Source: an uncultured Bacteroidales bacterium (GTDB taxonomy: Bacteria > Bacteroidota > Bacteroidia > Bacteroidales > FEN-979). Taken from it: 64,000 nucleotides of DNA. Below the pieces are notes generated by a model that did no database searches, was not told the origin of the DNA, and saw only the letters and a program-made list of their open reading frames with translations. The DNA lies in assembly GCA_903845055.1 (NCBI GenBank), contig CAIMWF010000072.1, positions 4,173 to 68,172 on the forward strand, written 5' to 3'. Below are positions 53,593 through 63,781 of the stretch, piece after piece (positions within the stretch are counted from its first letter, which is position 1; each line of letters starts with the position of its first letter). The position numbers and the translations under genes were made by a program.

Positions 53593-54912
53593 ATGGGTAA
53601 ACAGATAGCTTTTGCGGTCATCCTGCTTGCAACACTTGGTATTTTCTCCTACACGATCAGCCGCACCATCCGGTATTTCAAACTGACCAAAAAGGCATTC
53701 CCTGTTCGTGATTTTGGAAAACGCCTCCAGGTCATGATGTCCGTTGCTTTCGGCCAGACCAAAATTTTCCGCAGGCCGGTCATCGGATTTTTCCATGCCG
53801 TGGTTTTCTGGGGTTTTTGCGTTATCGCCGTTGGCAGCGTTGAAATGGTTGTTGACGGACTTTCGGGTTCCGAAAAGGCATTACAGTTCCTCGGCCCCCT
53901 ATACGACCTGATCATGGCTTCCGGTGATATTTTCGGTCTCCTGGTCGCCATCTGCATCGTAATCTTCCTGGGACGCCGGCTCCTTTTCCATATCAAACGC
54001 TTCGAGGGAATCGAGATGAAACGCGTTTCACACCTCGACGCCAACATCGCCCTGAGCATGATCCTCATCCTGATGATATCACTGCTGGGGATGAATATGG
54101 CTTATCTCAGTATCCACACCGTTCCCGGGAAACAGGTTGCCGGTGTGTACCCTGTGAGCAGCCTTCTGGCCGGGATCTTTTCCGCCCTGCCGGCAGGGAA
54201 GGTGTTCGTCATCTACGAAACCTGCTGGTGGCTCCATATCCTGATGATCTTTGTTTTTGCCAATGTGCTGCCCTATTCCAAACATTTTCATGTTTTCATG
54301 TCGGTTCCCAATGTGTTCCTCTCCCGGCTCGATCCATTGGGAAAGTTGTCAAACATGGACAACATTACCTGTGAAGTGAGGATGATGCTCTACCCGGAAC
54401 AGGGCGCAGGCCTCCCGGCTTCCGTACTCCCGCCTGAACGCTTCGGGGTGAAGGATGCCGAAGACATCACCTGGAAAAATTACCTTGATTCGCTTGCCTG
54501 CACCGAATGCGGACGCTGCACCTCTGTTTGTCCCGCCAACCTTACGGGAAAGCTACTTTCACCACGAAAAATCATCATGAACATCCGGGCAAGGATGAAA
54601 GAAAAGGGCCCCGGGCTTGTTAAAAACGGGACCGGTTTTAACGACAACAAATCGTTGCTCAACGATTATATCACCCCCGAGGAATTATGGGCCTGCACCA
54701 CATGCAACGCCTGCGCCATGGAGTGTCCGGTCAATATCAACCATCCGGGTTTAATCATCGACATGCGCCGTTACCTGGTCATGGAGGAGGCCTCTGCACC
54801 CAGCGGGATCAAATGGATTTTCGGGAATATTGAAAACAACGGCGCAGCATGGCAATTTTCAGCCGACGACCGCATGGTGTGGGCCAAAGATATTACATTG
54901 AACCAGAACTAG
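53593..54912 (+). CDS. Membrane-integral (Fe-S)-binding protein: N-terminal polytopic domain + 2x[4Fe-4S] ferredoxin domain
   Basis: About 5-6 TM helices with conserved His residues ('FHAVVFWG', 'YSKHFHVF'). Two cluster motifs follow: 'CTECGRCTSVCP' and 'CTTCNACAMECP'. Confidence 0.75.
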   Translation: MGKQIAFAVILLATLGIFSYTISRTIRYFKLTKKAFPVRDFGKRLQVMMSVAFGQTKIFRRPVIGFFHAVVFWGFCVIAVGSVEMVVDGLSGSEKALQFLGPLYDLIMASGDIFGLLVAICIVIFLGRRLLFHIKRFEGIEMKRVSHLDANIALSMILILMISLLGMNMAYLSIHTVPGKQVAGVYPVSSLLAGIFSALPAGKVFVIYETCWWLHILMIFVFANVLPYSKHFHVFMSVPNVFLSRLDPLGKLSNMDNITCEVRMMLYPEQGAGLPASVLPPERFGVKDAEDITWKNYLDSLACTECGRCTSVCPANLTGKLLSPRKIIMNIRARMKEKGPGLVKNGTGFNDNKSLLNDYITPEELWACTTCNACAMECPVNINHPGLIIDMRRYLVMEEASAPSGIKWIFGNIENNGAAWQFSADDRMVWAKDITLNQN

Positions 54913-54927
54913 CAGAGCTATCAGATC

Positions 54928-55722
54928 ATGGAAAAAAAGAAAATTGAAGTTCCTGTTATGGCCGACCTGCATGCGCGCGGGGAACAACCGGAATACCTTT
55001 TCTGGGTTGGCTGTGCCGGGGCATTCGATGACCGCTATAAAAAAGTAGCCCAGGCTTTTGTGAAAATCCTTACCTTCCTCGATATCAGTTACGCGGTGCT
55101 GGGCCGCGAGGAATCGTGCACCGGCGATCCGGCGCGTCGTGCAGGAAATGAGATGCTCTACCAGATGCAGGCCCTTCAGAATATTGCAATTCTGGAATCG
55201 TACGGGATCACCAGGATCATCACCATTTGCCCGCATTGCTACAATATTTTCAAAAATGAATACCCCGATCTCGGGGCAAAGTTTGAAACGATCAACTACC
55301 TGCAGTTACTCGACCAGTTCATCGTTTCGGGGAAGCTCAGTTTTGATGCTGCCGCGTTGGGTGGGGTATGTGTTACCTATCATGATCCATGTTACCTTGG
55401 CCGTGCAAATGATATGTATTTTGAACCCCGCTCCATCCTGAAAAAGCTGACGACAGGACTGGTTGAGATGGAAAGAAATAAAAGCTTTGCCTTTTGTTGC
55501 GGCGGTGGAGGCACTCAGATGTTCAAGGAGGCTGAAAAAGGCAACAAGGAGGTGTATGTCGAGCGCACCGAAGAGGCCTTGAGGACCAACGCAACCGTCA
55601 TTGCGACTGCCTGTCCCTTCTGCATGACCATGATCACCGACGGAATAAAAAGCAAGAACAGGGAAGATGAAATCAAAAACTTTGATATTGCCGAACTGAT
55701 CGTACAATCGTTAAACCTTTAG
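54928..55722 (+). CDS. (Fe-S)-binding protein with cysteine-rich CCG domains (HdrD/GlpC C-terminal type)
   Basis: Two CCG-type repeats: 'FWVGCAG...CTGDPARRAG...ICPHC' and 'YHDPCYLGR...FCCGGGG...ACPFC'. Confidence 0.75.
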   Translation: MEKKKIEVPVMADLHARGEQPEYLFWVGCAGAFDDRYKKVAQAFVKILTFLDISYAVLGREESCTGDPARRAGNEMLYQMQALQNIAILESYGITRIITICPHCYNIFKNEYPDLGAKFETINYLQLLDQFIVSGKLSFDAAALGGVCVTYHDPCYLGRANDMYFEPRSILKKLTTGLVEMERNKSFAFCCGGGGTQMFKEAEKGNKEVYVERTEEALRTNATVIATACPFCMTMITDGIKSKNREDEIKNFDIAELIVQSLNL

Positions 55723-55741
55723 AAACCATAAAACAATAGTG

Positions 55742-57523
55742 ATGGAGAACAAAAAAGTGCTCAAAAGTGGTGAGTTCCTGGTTGATGAAATCGAAGCAAC
55801 AGACATTTTTATCCCCGAAGAATTCGACGAAGAACAAAAAATGATCGCACAAACCATCCGGGATTTCCTGGATACGGAGCTTTATCCGAACATAGATCAG
55901 ATCGATTCACCGGATATCAAACTGATGCAGCGCATCCTGAAAAAGGCCGGCGAACTGGGTCTGATGGGAATCTCCATTCCAGAAGAATACGGCGGGTTCG
56001 GTCAATCGTTTGTCACCCAGATGCTGGCAGCCGAAACCATCGGGGCGGGTCATTCCTTTTCTGTCGCCTTCATGGCACATACCGGCATCGGCACCCTGCC
56101 CATCATGTATTACGGTAACGAAGACCAGCGTCAGCATTATGTGACCCGCCTCGCAACGGGTGAGCTGCTTGGCGCTTACTGCCTCACAGAACCTGGTGCA
56201 GGCAGCGATGCCAACTCGGGAAAAACGAGTGCCACCCTGTCGGAAGACGGGAAGCATTATATCCTCAACGGTCAGAAGATGTGGATTACGAATGCCAACT
56301 TTGCCGATACGCAGGTGGTTTTTGCGAAGATTGACAAAGACAGGGTACTCAGCGCATTCATTGTGGAGCGCAACTACCCGGGCGTTGTCGTAAACCCGGA
56401 TGAACACAAAATGGGTATTAAGGGTTCGTCAACGGCCCAGATTTTCTATAATGATGTTAAAGTGCCCGTTGAAAACCTGATCGGGAACCGGGGCGAAGGA
56501 TTCAGGATTGCCCTGAGCATTCTCCACATGGGACGGATCAAACTTGGGGCCAACGTACTTGGAGCATCCAAAAAGGCGATCAACGATTCGGTGAAGTATG
56601 CCAATGAGCGCAAACAATTCGGCGTTCTGATCTCCACCTTCGGATCCATCAAGCACAAACTGGCCGAACAGGTTATCAAAACTTTTGCCCTTGAATGCGC
56701 CATTTATCGCCTGAGCAAAGATATTGACGGACTTATTGAACAGTACAAGGCATCGGGAATGGACAAGGGAAAAGCTTCCGTAGAAGGGATCAGCCACTAT
56801 GCGGTCGAAGCCGCCATCCTGAAGGTTTACGGTTCGGAAGTGCTCGACTATGTGATCGACGAGGCAGTCCAGATTCATGGCGGAATGGGCTATTCCGCTG
56901 AAATGGCAGTTGAAAAAGGATACCGTGATTCGAGGATCAACCGTATCTTTGAAGGAACCAACGAGATCAACCGCCTGCTGGTGGTCGACACAGCCATGAA
57001 ACGCGCCATGAAAGGTGATTTTGACCTTTTTGGCAAAGCGGAAGCACTTGTTGCGGGCATTGACAACTTAACCGACAATACGGTCGAAGGCGAGTCCTAT
57101 TTTGCAGAAAAACTCAGGAATATCAAGAATTTCAAAAACCTGATCCTGATCATGATCCATGGTGCCTCCAAATGTTTTGACAAAAAACTGATCACCGAGC
57201 AGGAGGTGTTGAACAACCTTACCGACATGATCATGGAGGTTTATCTTGCAGAAGCGATGGCGCTTCGCATCCGGAAAATGGAACTGATGGGGTTGAACCA
57301 ATCCGACATTTACCGCAAGATGCTCGACGTATTTGTTTATGACGCAGCGGATAAAATCAGGAAACCCGCACAGGACACGGTGAATGCGTTTGCTGATGCT
57401 TCAACCGGCGCTGGTTATATGAGAGCGATTGAAATCCTGACAAAAGTGGCCGGCCTCAATGTAAAGGATACCCGCAGAAGCATTGCCGACAAACTGATCG
57501 GGGATAATTGCTATAAGTTCTAG
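55742..57523 (+). CDS. Acyl-CoA dehydrogenase, long form with C-terminal extension (VLCAD/ACAD9-like architecture)
   Basis: 'AYCLTEPGAGSDANS', 'KMWITNA' and 'QIHGGMGY...RIFEGTNEI' are ACAD motifs. An extra ~180-aa C-terminal helical domain follows. I prefer the ATG at 55742 over the GTG at 55739. Confidence 0.88.
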   Translation: MENKKVLKSGEFLVDEIEATDIFIPEEFDEEQKMIAQTIRDFLDTELYPNIDQIDSPDIKLMQRILKKAGELGLMGISIPEEYGGFGQSFVTQMLAAETIGAGHSFSVAFMAHTGIGTLPIMYYGNEDQRQHYVTRLATGELLGAYCLTEPGAGSDANSGKTSATLSEDGKHYILNGQKMWITNANFADTQVVFAKIDKDRVLSAFIVERNYPGVVVNPDEHKMGIKGSSTAQIFYNDVKVPVENLIGNRGEGFRIALSILHMGRIKLGANVLGASKKAINDSVKYANERKQFGVLISTFGSIKHKLAEQVIKTFALECAIYRLSKDIDGLIEQYKASGMDKGKASVEGISHYAVEAAILKVYGSEVLDYVIDEAVQIHGGMGYSAEMAVEKGYRDSRINRIFEGTNEINRLLVVDTAMKRAMKGDFDLFGKAEALVAGIDNLTDNTVEGESYFAEKLRNIKNFKNLILIMIHGASKCFDKKLITEQEVLNNLTDMIMEVYLAEAMALRIRKMELMGLNQSDIYRKMLDVFVYDAADKIRKPAQDTVNAFADASTGAGYMRAIEILTKVAGLNVKDTRRSIADKLIGDNCYKF

Positions 57524-57567
57524 TTCAGACCTTTTCTTTTCAAACCAGTTAACAAGGACAAGAAAAC

Positions 57568-58320
57568 ATGGGGATAAGCAACGGGTTCATACAGTTGATG
57601 CTAGCACTTGTTTCTGCTTTTTTTGTCCTTGTAACACTGGGTTTCCTGAACAGGAAATTGTTGAAATTGTGGTATATAACGGCTGTTTATGGCCGGTACA
57701 GCTACGAGTTCCTGAATTTTTTCAGCATGAACAAGCTTAGGAATCCGTTCAATGGTTGCATCAAGGATGAAATCCCCGTTCACCTTGAAGTGTTCTTCAG
57801 GAAGACCAGGAATTCTGAAGAATTCCAGACAGAGGTGCCCATCGATTATCCCGATGTTCCCTTCATGTCAGAAAAGAGATCGCTCTTCAGGATTAAAGGG
57901 AAACCCGACTGCCTCAAGGTGGCCTTCGCTGACGGTATCAGATTCATCATCATGGGATACCATGAAAAACTAATGGGATGCAGGATGCGGTCGATCTTCT
58001 ATTTCGTCAACGATCGTTTTGTCATGGGTGAGATTCTCTTCACCGACCTGACAAGGGTCAGCCCGGTTAAACTTGCGGAGACTTTATCAGCAAAGTACCT
58101 GAAAGGAAAATTGATCAACCTGGATACCTTTTACATAAAAAATACCGGCGGCAATCATTTGAATTTCGACTACAACGGTTTTACCATCTCGGTCAAATAC
58201 CTGTACAGGGGCGACCCCGCAACCAACAGGATACTGGAAACGGTTTTCAATAAAGCAGAAATCCCCGGAGCGAGGCTCACGGGGATTCCGGATAGCGGGG
58301 AATTACTCGACAGGTTCTGA
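57568..58320 (+). CDS. Hypothetical membrane-anchored protein
   Basis: 250 aa with a single N-terminal TM helix ('LMLALVSAFFVLVTLGFL') and no recognisable domain. Confidence 0.45.
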   Translation: MGISNGFIQLMLALVSAFFVLVTLGFLNRKLLKLWYITAVYGRYSYEFLNFFSMNKLRNPFNGCIKDEIPVHLEVFFRKTRNSEEFQTEVPIDYPDVPFMSEKRSLFRIKGKPDCLKVAFADGIRFIIMGYHEKLMGCRMRSIFYFVNDRFVMGEILFTDLTRVSPVKLAETLSAKYLKGKLINLDTFYIKNTGGNHLNFDYNGFTISVKYLYRGDPATNRILETVFNKAEIPGARLTGIPDSGELLDRF

Positions 58321-60852
58321 TTTTATGCCAATGGCCACATTGACGACCACCTCCTCCTTCACCGGGTCATAATCGACGGTGATGACATCCTTGTCTGACA
58401 GTTTAGTCTTAATGATCTCTTCGGCCAGTGTATCTTCCACATATTTCTGAATGGCACGTTTCAGGGGCCGGGCTCCAAACTGGGCATCCCATCCTTTTTC
58501 GGCGATATAATCCTTTGCAGCGGCTGTGATGACAATATGATAGCCAAGATCGGTCGTCCTTTTATACAGGTGTTGAAGTTCGATGTCTATGATCTTGTGG
58601 ATATCTTCCCGTTCGAGAGAATTAAAAATGACCACATCGTCGATCCTGTTGATAAATTCGGGGGCAAATGCCTTTTTCAGCGCATTTTCAATGACCCCGC
58701 GTGCATATTCACTGCTTGCTGCCTGCTTGGCAGATGTTGCGAAACCGACACCCTGCCCGAAATCCTTCAGTTGCCGAGAACCGATGTTCGAGGTCATGAT
58801 CACAATGGTGTTCTTGAAATCGACCCTTCGGCCAAAACTGTCGGTCAGCATCCCGTCGTCGAGCACCTGCAGAAGCAGGTGAAACACATCCGGGTGGGCC
58901 TTTTCAATCTCGTCGAGCAAAACGATGGAGTAGGGGCGGCGGCGGATTTTTTCGGTAAGCTGTCCGCCCTCTTCATAGCCCACATATCCCGGGGGGGCAC
59001 CAATGAGGCGGGAAACGGCGAATTTTTCCATGTATTCGCTCATATCGATCCGAACCAGGGCATCTTCGGTATCGAACAGGTATTTTGAAAGCACTTTGGC
59101 AAGATGCGTTTTGCCGACGCCGGTGGGCCCCAGGAAAATAAAGGTGCCGATCGGTTTGTTCGGGTCCTTCAACCCGGCACGGTTCCTGCGAATTGCCCTG
59201 ACCACCTTTTTAATCGCTTCATTCTGACCGATCACGGAGTGTTCCAGCTCGGTTTCCATGTTGATCAACCGGTCGCTCTCATTTTTCGCGATGCGCTGTA
59301 CCGGGATCCCGGTCATCATGGCCACCACCTCTGCAACATTTTCCTCTGAGACGGTTTGACGGTTCAGTTTGGCATTCTCCTCCCATTTCTTTTTCTCTTT
59401 TTCAAGGCTGTCCTGGAGTTTTCGCTCCGTGTCCCGCAGGTCGGCCGCCTCCTCGAACTTCTGGCTGTTGATTGCCGCCATTTTCCTTTTCCGGGTATCT
59501 TCGATCTGGTTTTCAACCGTTACGATCTCTTCCGGAACGTTGATGTTTGAAATGTGCACACGGGCGCCGGCTTCATCGAGCGCATCGATGGCCTTGTCGG
59601 GGAGATACCGGTCGGTAATATACCTGTTGGTCAGCATGACACATGCCTTGATGGCGTCATCCGTGTATTTCACCAGGTGATGATCCTCGTATTTTTCCTT
59701 GATATTGTTCAGGATTTCAACCGTCTCCTCCGGGGAGGTGGGATCGACCAGCACCTTCTGGAACCGGCGTTCCAGCGCACCGTCCTTTTCAATGTACTGG
59801 CGGTACTCATCCAGCGTCGTGGCACCGATGCACTGGATGTCACCGCGGGCGAGGGCCGGCTTGAACATGTTGGACGCGTCAAGCGATCCGGAGGCGTTGC
59901 CGGCCCCGACGATCGTATGGATCTCATCGATAAAGACGATGATGTTCGGATTTTTTTCAAGTTCATTGAGTACCGCTTTCATCCGTTCCTCGAACTGGCC
60001 GCGGTATTTGGTGCCTGCCACGAGTGAGGCGAGATCGAGCGACACCAGTCGTTTGTTGAAAAGCGCCCTTGAAACTTTCCGCTGCACGATCCGCAGGGCG
60101 AGACCTTCGGCGATGGCCGACTTGCCCACACCGGGTTCGCCAATCAGGATGGGATTGTTCTTTTTCCGCCTGCTCAGGATCTGCGCGATGCGCTGCAACT
60201 CCTTTTCCCGGCCGACGATGGGATCAAGACGCCCTTCTTCGGCTGCCTTGGTAATATCCCTGCCAAAATTATCCAGGACGGGTGTTTTGGATTTTGAATC
60301 CTGGGTTTTCTTCGGGTTGCCGCCGCTGAAGCTCTTCCCGCCTTCTTCGGGATCCTCATCGTCGTCGTCCTTCGGAAGGATGTCCTGCGGATCAAACCGT
60401 TGTTCATCATTGCCATTGGTCAGGATAGCCTTGAGTTCATCCTTGACAGAATCATAACTGACACTGTAAAGTGTGAAAATCTTGGTGACGAGGTTGTTCT
60501 CATCCTTCAGGATGGCCAGTAAAAGATGTTCGGTCCCGATCATTTCACTGTTGAACAGTTTTGCCTCCAGGTAGGTGATCTTCAGGGCACGTTCGGCCTG
60601 CTTGATGAGGGGAAGGTTTTCCCCGCCGGCCGGCTTTTCCTTGTGGCTTGCTACGGCCAGTTCAACCTTTTTCTTAACCTCGGCCAGGTCAACGCCAAGG
60701 TTGCGTAAAATCCTGATTGCTAACCCCTCTCCTTCACGAATGATACCGAGTAGCAGGTGTTCTAATCCTATATAATCATTCCCCAGACGCTGGGCCTCCT
60801 CCCGGCTGTATATCAAAACGTCCTTGACACGTTGTGAAAATTTTGCTTCCAT
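58303..60852 (-). CDS. clpC: ATP-dependent Clp protease ATP-binding subunit ClpC (Clp/Hsp100 class I)
   Basis: Double Clp_N repeat ('LGNDYIGLEHLLLGI'), Walker A 'GEPGVGKSAI' and 'GPTGVGKTHLAK', and a UVR-like linker 'FEEAADLRDTERKL'. 849 aa. Confidence 0.9.
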   Translation of the reverse strand: MEAKFSQRVKDVLIYSREEAQRLGNDYIGLEHLLLGIIREGEGLAIRILRNLGVDLAEVKKKVELAVASHKEKPAGGENLPLIKQAERALKITYLEAKLFNSEMIGTEHLLLAILKDENNLVTKIFTLYSVSYDSVKDELKAILTNGNDEQRFDPQDILPKDDDDEDPEEGGKSFSGGNPKKTQDSKSKTPVLDNFGRDITKAAEEGRLDPIVGREKELQRIAQILSRRKKNNPILIGEPGVGKSAIAEGLALRIVQRKVSRALFNKRLVSLDLASLVAGTKYRGQFEERMKAVLNELEKNPNIIVFIDEIHTIVGAGNASGSLDASNMFKPALARGDIQCIGATTLDEYRQYIEKDGALERRFQKVLVDPTSPEETVEILNNIKEKYEDHHLVKYTDDAIKACVMLTNRYITDRYLPDKAIDALDEAGARVHISNINVPEEIVTVENQIEDTRKRKMAAINSQKFEEAADLRDTERKLQDSLEKEKKKWEENAKLNRQTVSEENVAEVVAMMTGIPVQRIAKNESDRLINMETELEHSVIGQNEAIKKVVRAIRRNRAGLKDPNKPIGTFIFLGPTGVGKTHLAKVLSKYLFDTEDALVRIDMSEYMEKFAVSRLIGAPPGYVGYEEGGQLTEKIRRRPYSIVLLDEIEKAHPDVFHLLLQVLDDGMLTDSFGRRVDFKNTIVIMTSNIGSRQLKDFGQGVGFATSAKQAASSEYARGVIENALKKAFAPEFINRIDDVVIFNSLEREDIHKIIDIELQHLYKRTTDLGYHIVITAAAKDYIAEKGWDAQFGARPLKRAIQKYVEDTLAEEIIKTKLSDKDVITVDYDPVKEEVVVNVAIGIKSEPVE

Positions 60853-60932
60853 ATGAAGTTATTTACATTAGTAGGGTAATTGCATGACAAAAATCGAACC
60901 ACATTTAAAACCTGAAAAAATGTCAAGCCCTT

Positions 60933-60940
60933 CAAAAGTA
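60933..60940 (-). promoter_or_regulatory. Candidate -7 promoter box for clpC
   Basis: The minus strand reads TACTTTTG, about 81 nt upstream of the ATG at 60852. Confidence 0.45.
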
Positions 60941-61124
60941 CGACCGAAATAACAGTTTTATTGCGAAAGTACCTATATTTATTAACACTTTCATGTTAGT
61001 AAGAGGGTAAAATAAATAGGGGAGGGGCCTTGGTCGTTCGGTGTAAAATTATTACCTTCGTAACTTATTCAGGCAATATTTATCTGTCTGAAAATTAATT
61101 AAATAACTAAAGGTGAGAGACGAA

Positions 61125-63692
61125 ATGGATTCGGGAGAAAAAATCGTTCAGGTCAATATTGAGAACCAGATGAAGACTGCCTACATTGATTATTCAATGT
61201 CGGTAATTGTCCAGAGAGCATTACCTGATGTGCGGGATGGCTTGAAACCTGTGCACCGGAGGGTGCTGTTCGGCATGTACGAACTGGGAGTGCTGTCAAA
61301 CAGGGCCTATAAAAAATCGGCCAGAATCGTCGGGGAGGTGCTTGGTAAATACCACCCGCACGGGGATACCTCGGTATACGACGCCATGGTCAGGATGGCA
61401 CAGGACTGGAGTCTGCGATACCCGCTTGTGGACGGCCAGGGAAACTTCGGTTCGATGGACGGCGACAATCCTGCCGCCATGCGGTACACCGAAGCCCGTC
61501 TGCAAAAAATCGCTGAAGAGATGGTGGCTGATATCGAAAAGGATACAGTCGACTTCCAGCTGAATTTCGATGATACCCTTAAGGAACCCACCGTCATGCC
61601 TTCACGCATCCCGAACCTGCTGATCAACGGCGCATCGGGTATTGCCGTCGGGATGGCCACGAATATGGCGCCCCACAACCTCAGGGAAGTCGTTGACGGG
61701 ATCATTGCCTACATCGACAACCACAACATCACGATCCAGGAACTGATGCAATACATCAAAGCTCCCGATTTTCCCACCGGGGGCACCATCTATGGCTATG
61801 ATGGCGTAAAGGATGCCTTTGAAACCGGCAGGGGCAGGATCGTCATGCGCGGGGAGACCAAGATTGAACAGGACAAGCACGGAAGGGACATGATCATTGT
61901 CAATTCCGTTCCTTACCAGGTCAATAAGGCGGAAATGATCAAAAAGACAGCCGACCTTGTCAACGATAAAAAAATTGAGGGGATTTCCGACATCCGTGAC
62001 GAATCGGACCGTAACGGCGTACGCATCGTGTATGAGTTGAAGCGCGATGCCATCACCAACGTGGTGCTGAACAAACTCTTCCAGATGACGGCGTTGCAAA
62101 CCTCGTTCAATGTGAACAACATCGCCCTGGTCAAGGGTCGGCCGATGATGCTCACCCTGAAAGATATGATCGTACATTATGTTGAGCACCGCCACGAAGT
62201 TATCATCCGCCGCACCAGGTTCGAACTGGCAGAAGCGCTGAAACGGGCACATATTCTCGAAGGGTTGCTGATCGCACTCGACAACCTCGATGCCGTGATC
62301 GCCCTCATTCGCAATTCGCAGACACCCGATGAGGCGAGGGCAGGATTGATGACCACGTTTGCATTGAGCGAGATCCAGGCAAAAGCCATACTCGAAATGA
62401 GGTTGCAGCGCCTGACAGGTCTCGAGCGCGACAAGATCAAGGATGAATATGCCGACTTGATGAAACTGATCGATCATCTCAACGCGGTCCTGGCCGATGA
62501 AACCCTTCGCATGGATATCATCAAGGGCGACCTGCTGGAGGTAAAAGAGCGGTTCGGCGATGAACGCAAATCGACCATTGAATACGCAGCCTCCGATTTC
62601 AGGATTGAAGACACCATTGCCGATGAAAACGTGGTGATCACCATCTCCCACATGGGATATATCAAGCGGACCCCGCTCACGGAGTATCGTGTGCAGAACA
62701 GGGGAGGCCGTGGGGTGAAGGGTTCCGACATACGGGACGAGGATTTCCTCGAACACCTGTTCGTGGCCACCAACCACAATTACCTCCTGTTTTTCACCCA
62801 GAAAGGCAAATGCTTCTGGCTCAGGGTTTATGAGATTCCGGAAGGTGGAAAAACTTCAAAGGGCCGTGCCATACAGAACCTGGTCAACATTGAGCCCGAC
62901 GATACCGTCAGGGCCTTTATCAATGTAAAAGACCTGAAGGACGAAGCGTATACCGCCGCAAACTTCATCATTCTTGCCACCCGTAAGGGAACCATCAAGA
63001 AAACTTCGCTGGAGGCATATTCGAGACCACGAATGAACGGCATTAACGCCATCACCATCAATGAAGGCGACCATCTGCTCGAAGCCAAACTGACGCAGGG
63101 CACCGACGAAGTGGTCATGGCCCTCCGGTCGGGGCGTGCCATCCGGTTCAATGAGACCACCGTGCGTCCGATGGGTCGAAATGCGGCAGGTGTCCGTGGT
63201 ATTTCCATGACAGGGGACGACAACGAAGTGATCGGCATGATCTGCATCCCCAGGGATCAGAAACGCGAAGTACTCGTTGTATCGGAAAACGGTTATGGAA
63301 AGCGATCGGATCTGGAGGATTACCGTATCACCAACAGGGGAGGGAAAGGTGTTAAAACACTGAACATCACCGAAAAAACGGGAGCGCTAATTGCCGTGAA
63401 AGACGTCACCGATAATGATGACCTGATGATCATCAACCGCTCGGGAGTCATCATCCGGATGGCTGTTGCCAATCTCAGAATCATGGGCAGAGCAACACAA
63501 GGCGTCAGGCTTATCAAGATTGATGACGGGGATTCTATTGCTGCGGTTGCCAAAGTCGATGTGGAAGAAACTCCTGAAATCATTGAAGACCTGGGGACGG
63601 ATTTGACTGACAGCTCCTTTGATAACACAATCGAAAATTCAGATGATCCGGCTGTGAATGATAAAACAGGTGAGGAGGAAACGGAAAATTAA
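61125..63692 (+). CDS. gyrA: DNA gyrase subunit A
   Basis: '[26 protein letters not shown]', the QRDR '[17 protein letters not shown]' and the active-site '[10 protein letters not shown]' are present, with an acidic C-terminal tail. The ATG at 61125 is preceded by AGGTGA. The track's GTG is at 61113. Confidence 0.95.
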   Translation: MDSGEKIVQVNIENQMKTAYIDYSMSVIVQRALPDVRDGLKPVHRRVLFGMYELGVLSNRAYKKSARIVGEVLGKYHPHGDTSVYDAMVRMAQDWSLRYPLVDGQGNFGSMDGDNPAAMRYTEARLQKIAEEMVADIEKDTVDFQLNFDDTLKEPTVMPSRIPNLLINGASGIAVGMATNMAPHNLREVVDGIIAYIDNHNITIQELMQYIKAPDFPTGGTIYGYDGVKDAFETGRGRIVMRGETKIEQDKHGRDMIIVNSVPYQVNKAEMIKKTADLVNDKKIEGISDIRDESDRNGVRIVYELKRDAITNVVLNKLFQMTALQTSFNVNNIALVKGRPMMLTLKDMIVHYVEHRHEVIIRRTRFELAEALKRAHILEGLLIALDNLDAVIALIRNSQTPDEARAGLMTTFALSEIQAKAILEMRLQRLTGLERDKIKDEYADLMKLIDHLNAVLADETLRMDIIKGDLLEVKERFGDERKSTIEYAASDFRIEDTIADENVVITISHMGYIKRTPLTEYRVQNRGGRGVKGSDIRDEDFLEHLFVATNHNYLLFFTQKGKCFWLRVYEIPEGGKTSKGRAIQNLVNIEPDDTVRAFINVKDLKDEAYTAANFIILATRKGTIKKTSLEAYSRPRMNGINAITINEGDHLLEAKLTQGTDEVVMALRSGRAIRFNETTVRPMGRNAAGVRGISMTGDDNEVIGMICIPRDQKREVLVVSENGYGKRSDLEDYRITNRGGKGVKTLNITEKTGALIAVKDVTDNDDLMIINRSGVIIRMAVANLRIMGRATQGVRLIKIDDGDSIAAVAKVDVEETPEIIEDLGTDLTDSSFDNTIENSDDPAVNDKTGEEETEN

Positions 63693-63729
63693 TTTGCTCC
63701 TAAGTAACATAAAATCAGTCGGTATTTTA

Positions 63730-63737
63730 TATCTTTG
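63730..63737 (+). promoter_or_regulatory. Candidate -7 promoter box for the partial TPR-like gene
   Basis: TATCTTTG, 45 nt upstream of the ATG at 63782. Confidence 0.55.
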
Positions 63738-63781
63738 CCGGCTAAAATCAACGGAAATATATCATTTTAACAACTAAACTG

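Noticed and set aside
61058-61065. TACCTTCG upstream of gyrA, and TAACTTCG (18689-18696) upstream of prmC, as promoter boxes.
   Set aside because: Both carry a mismatch in the conserved TTTG core. They may be functional variants, but I did not list them as features.
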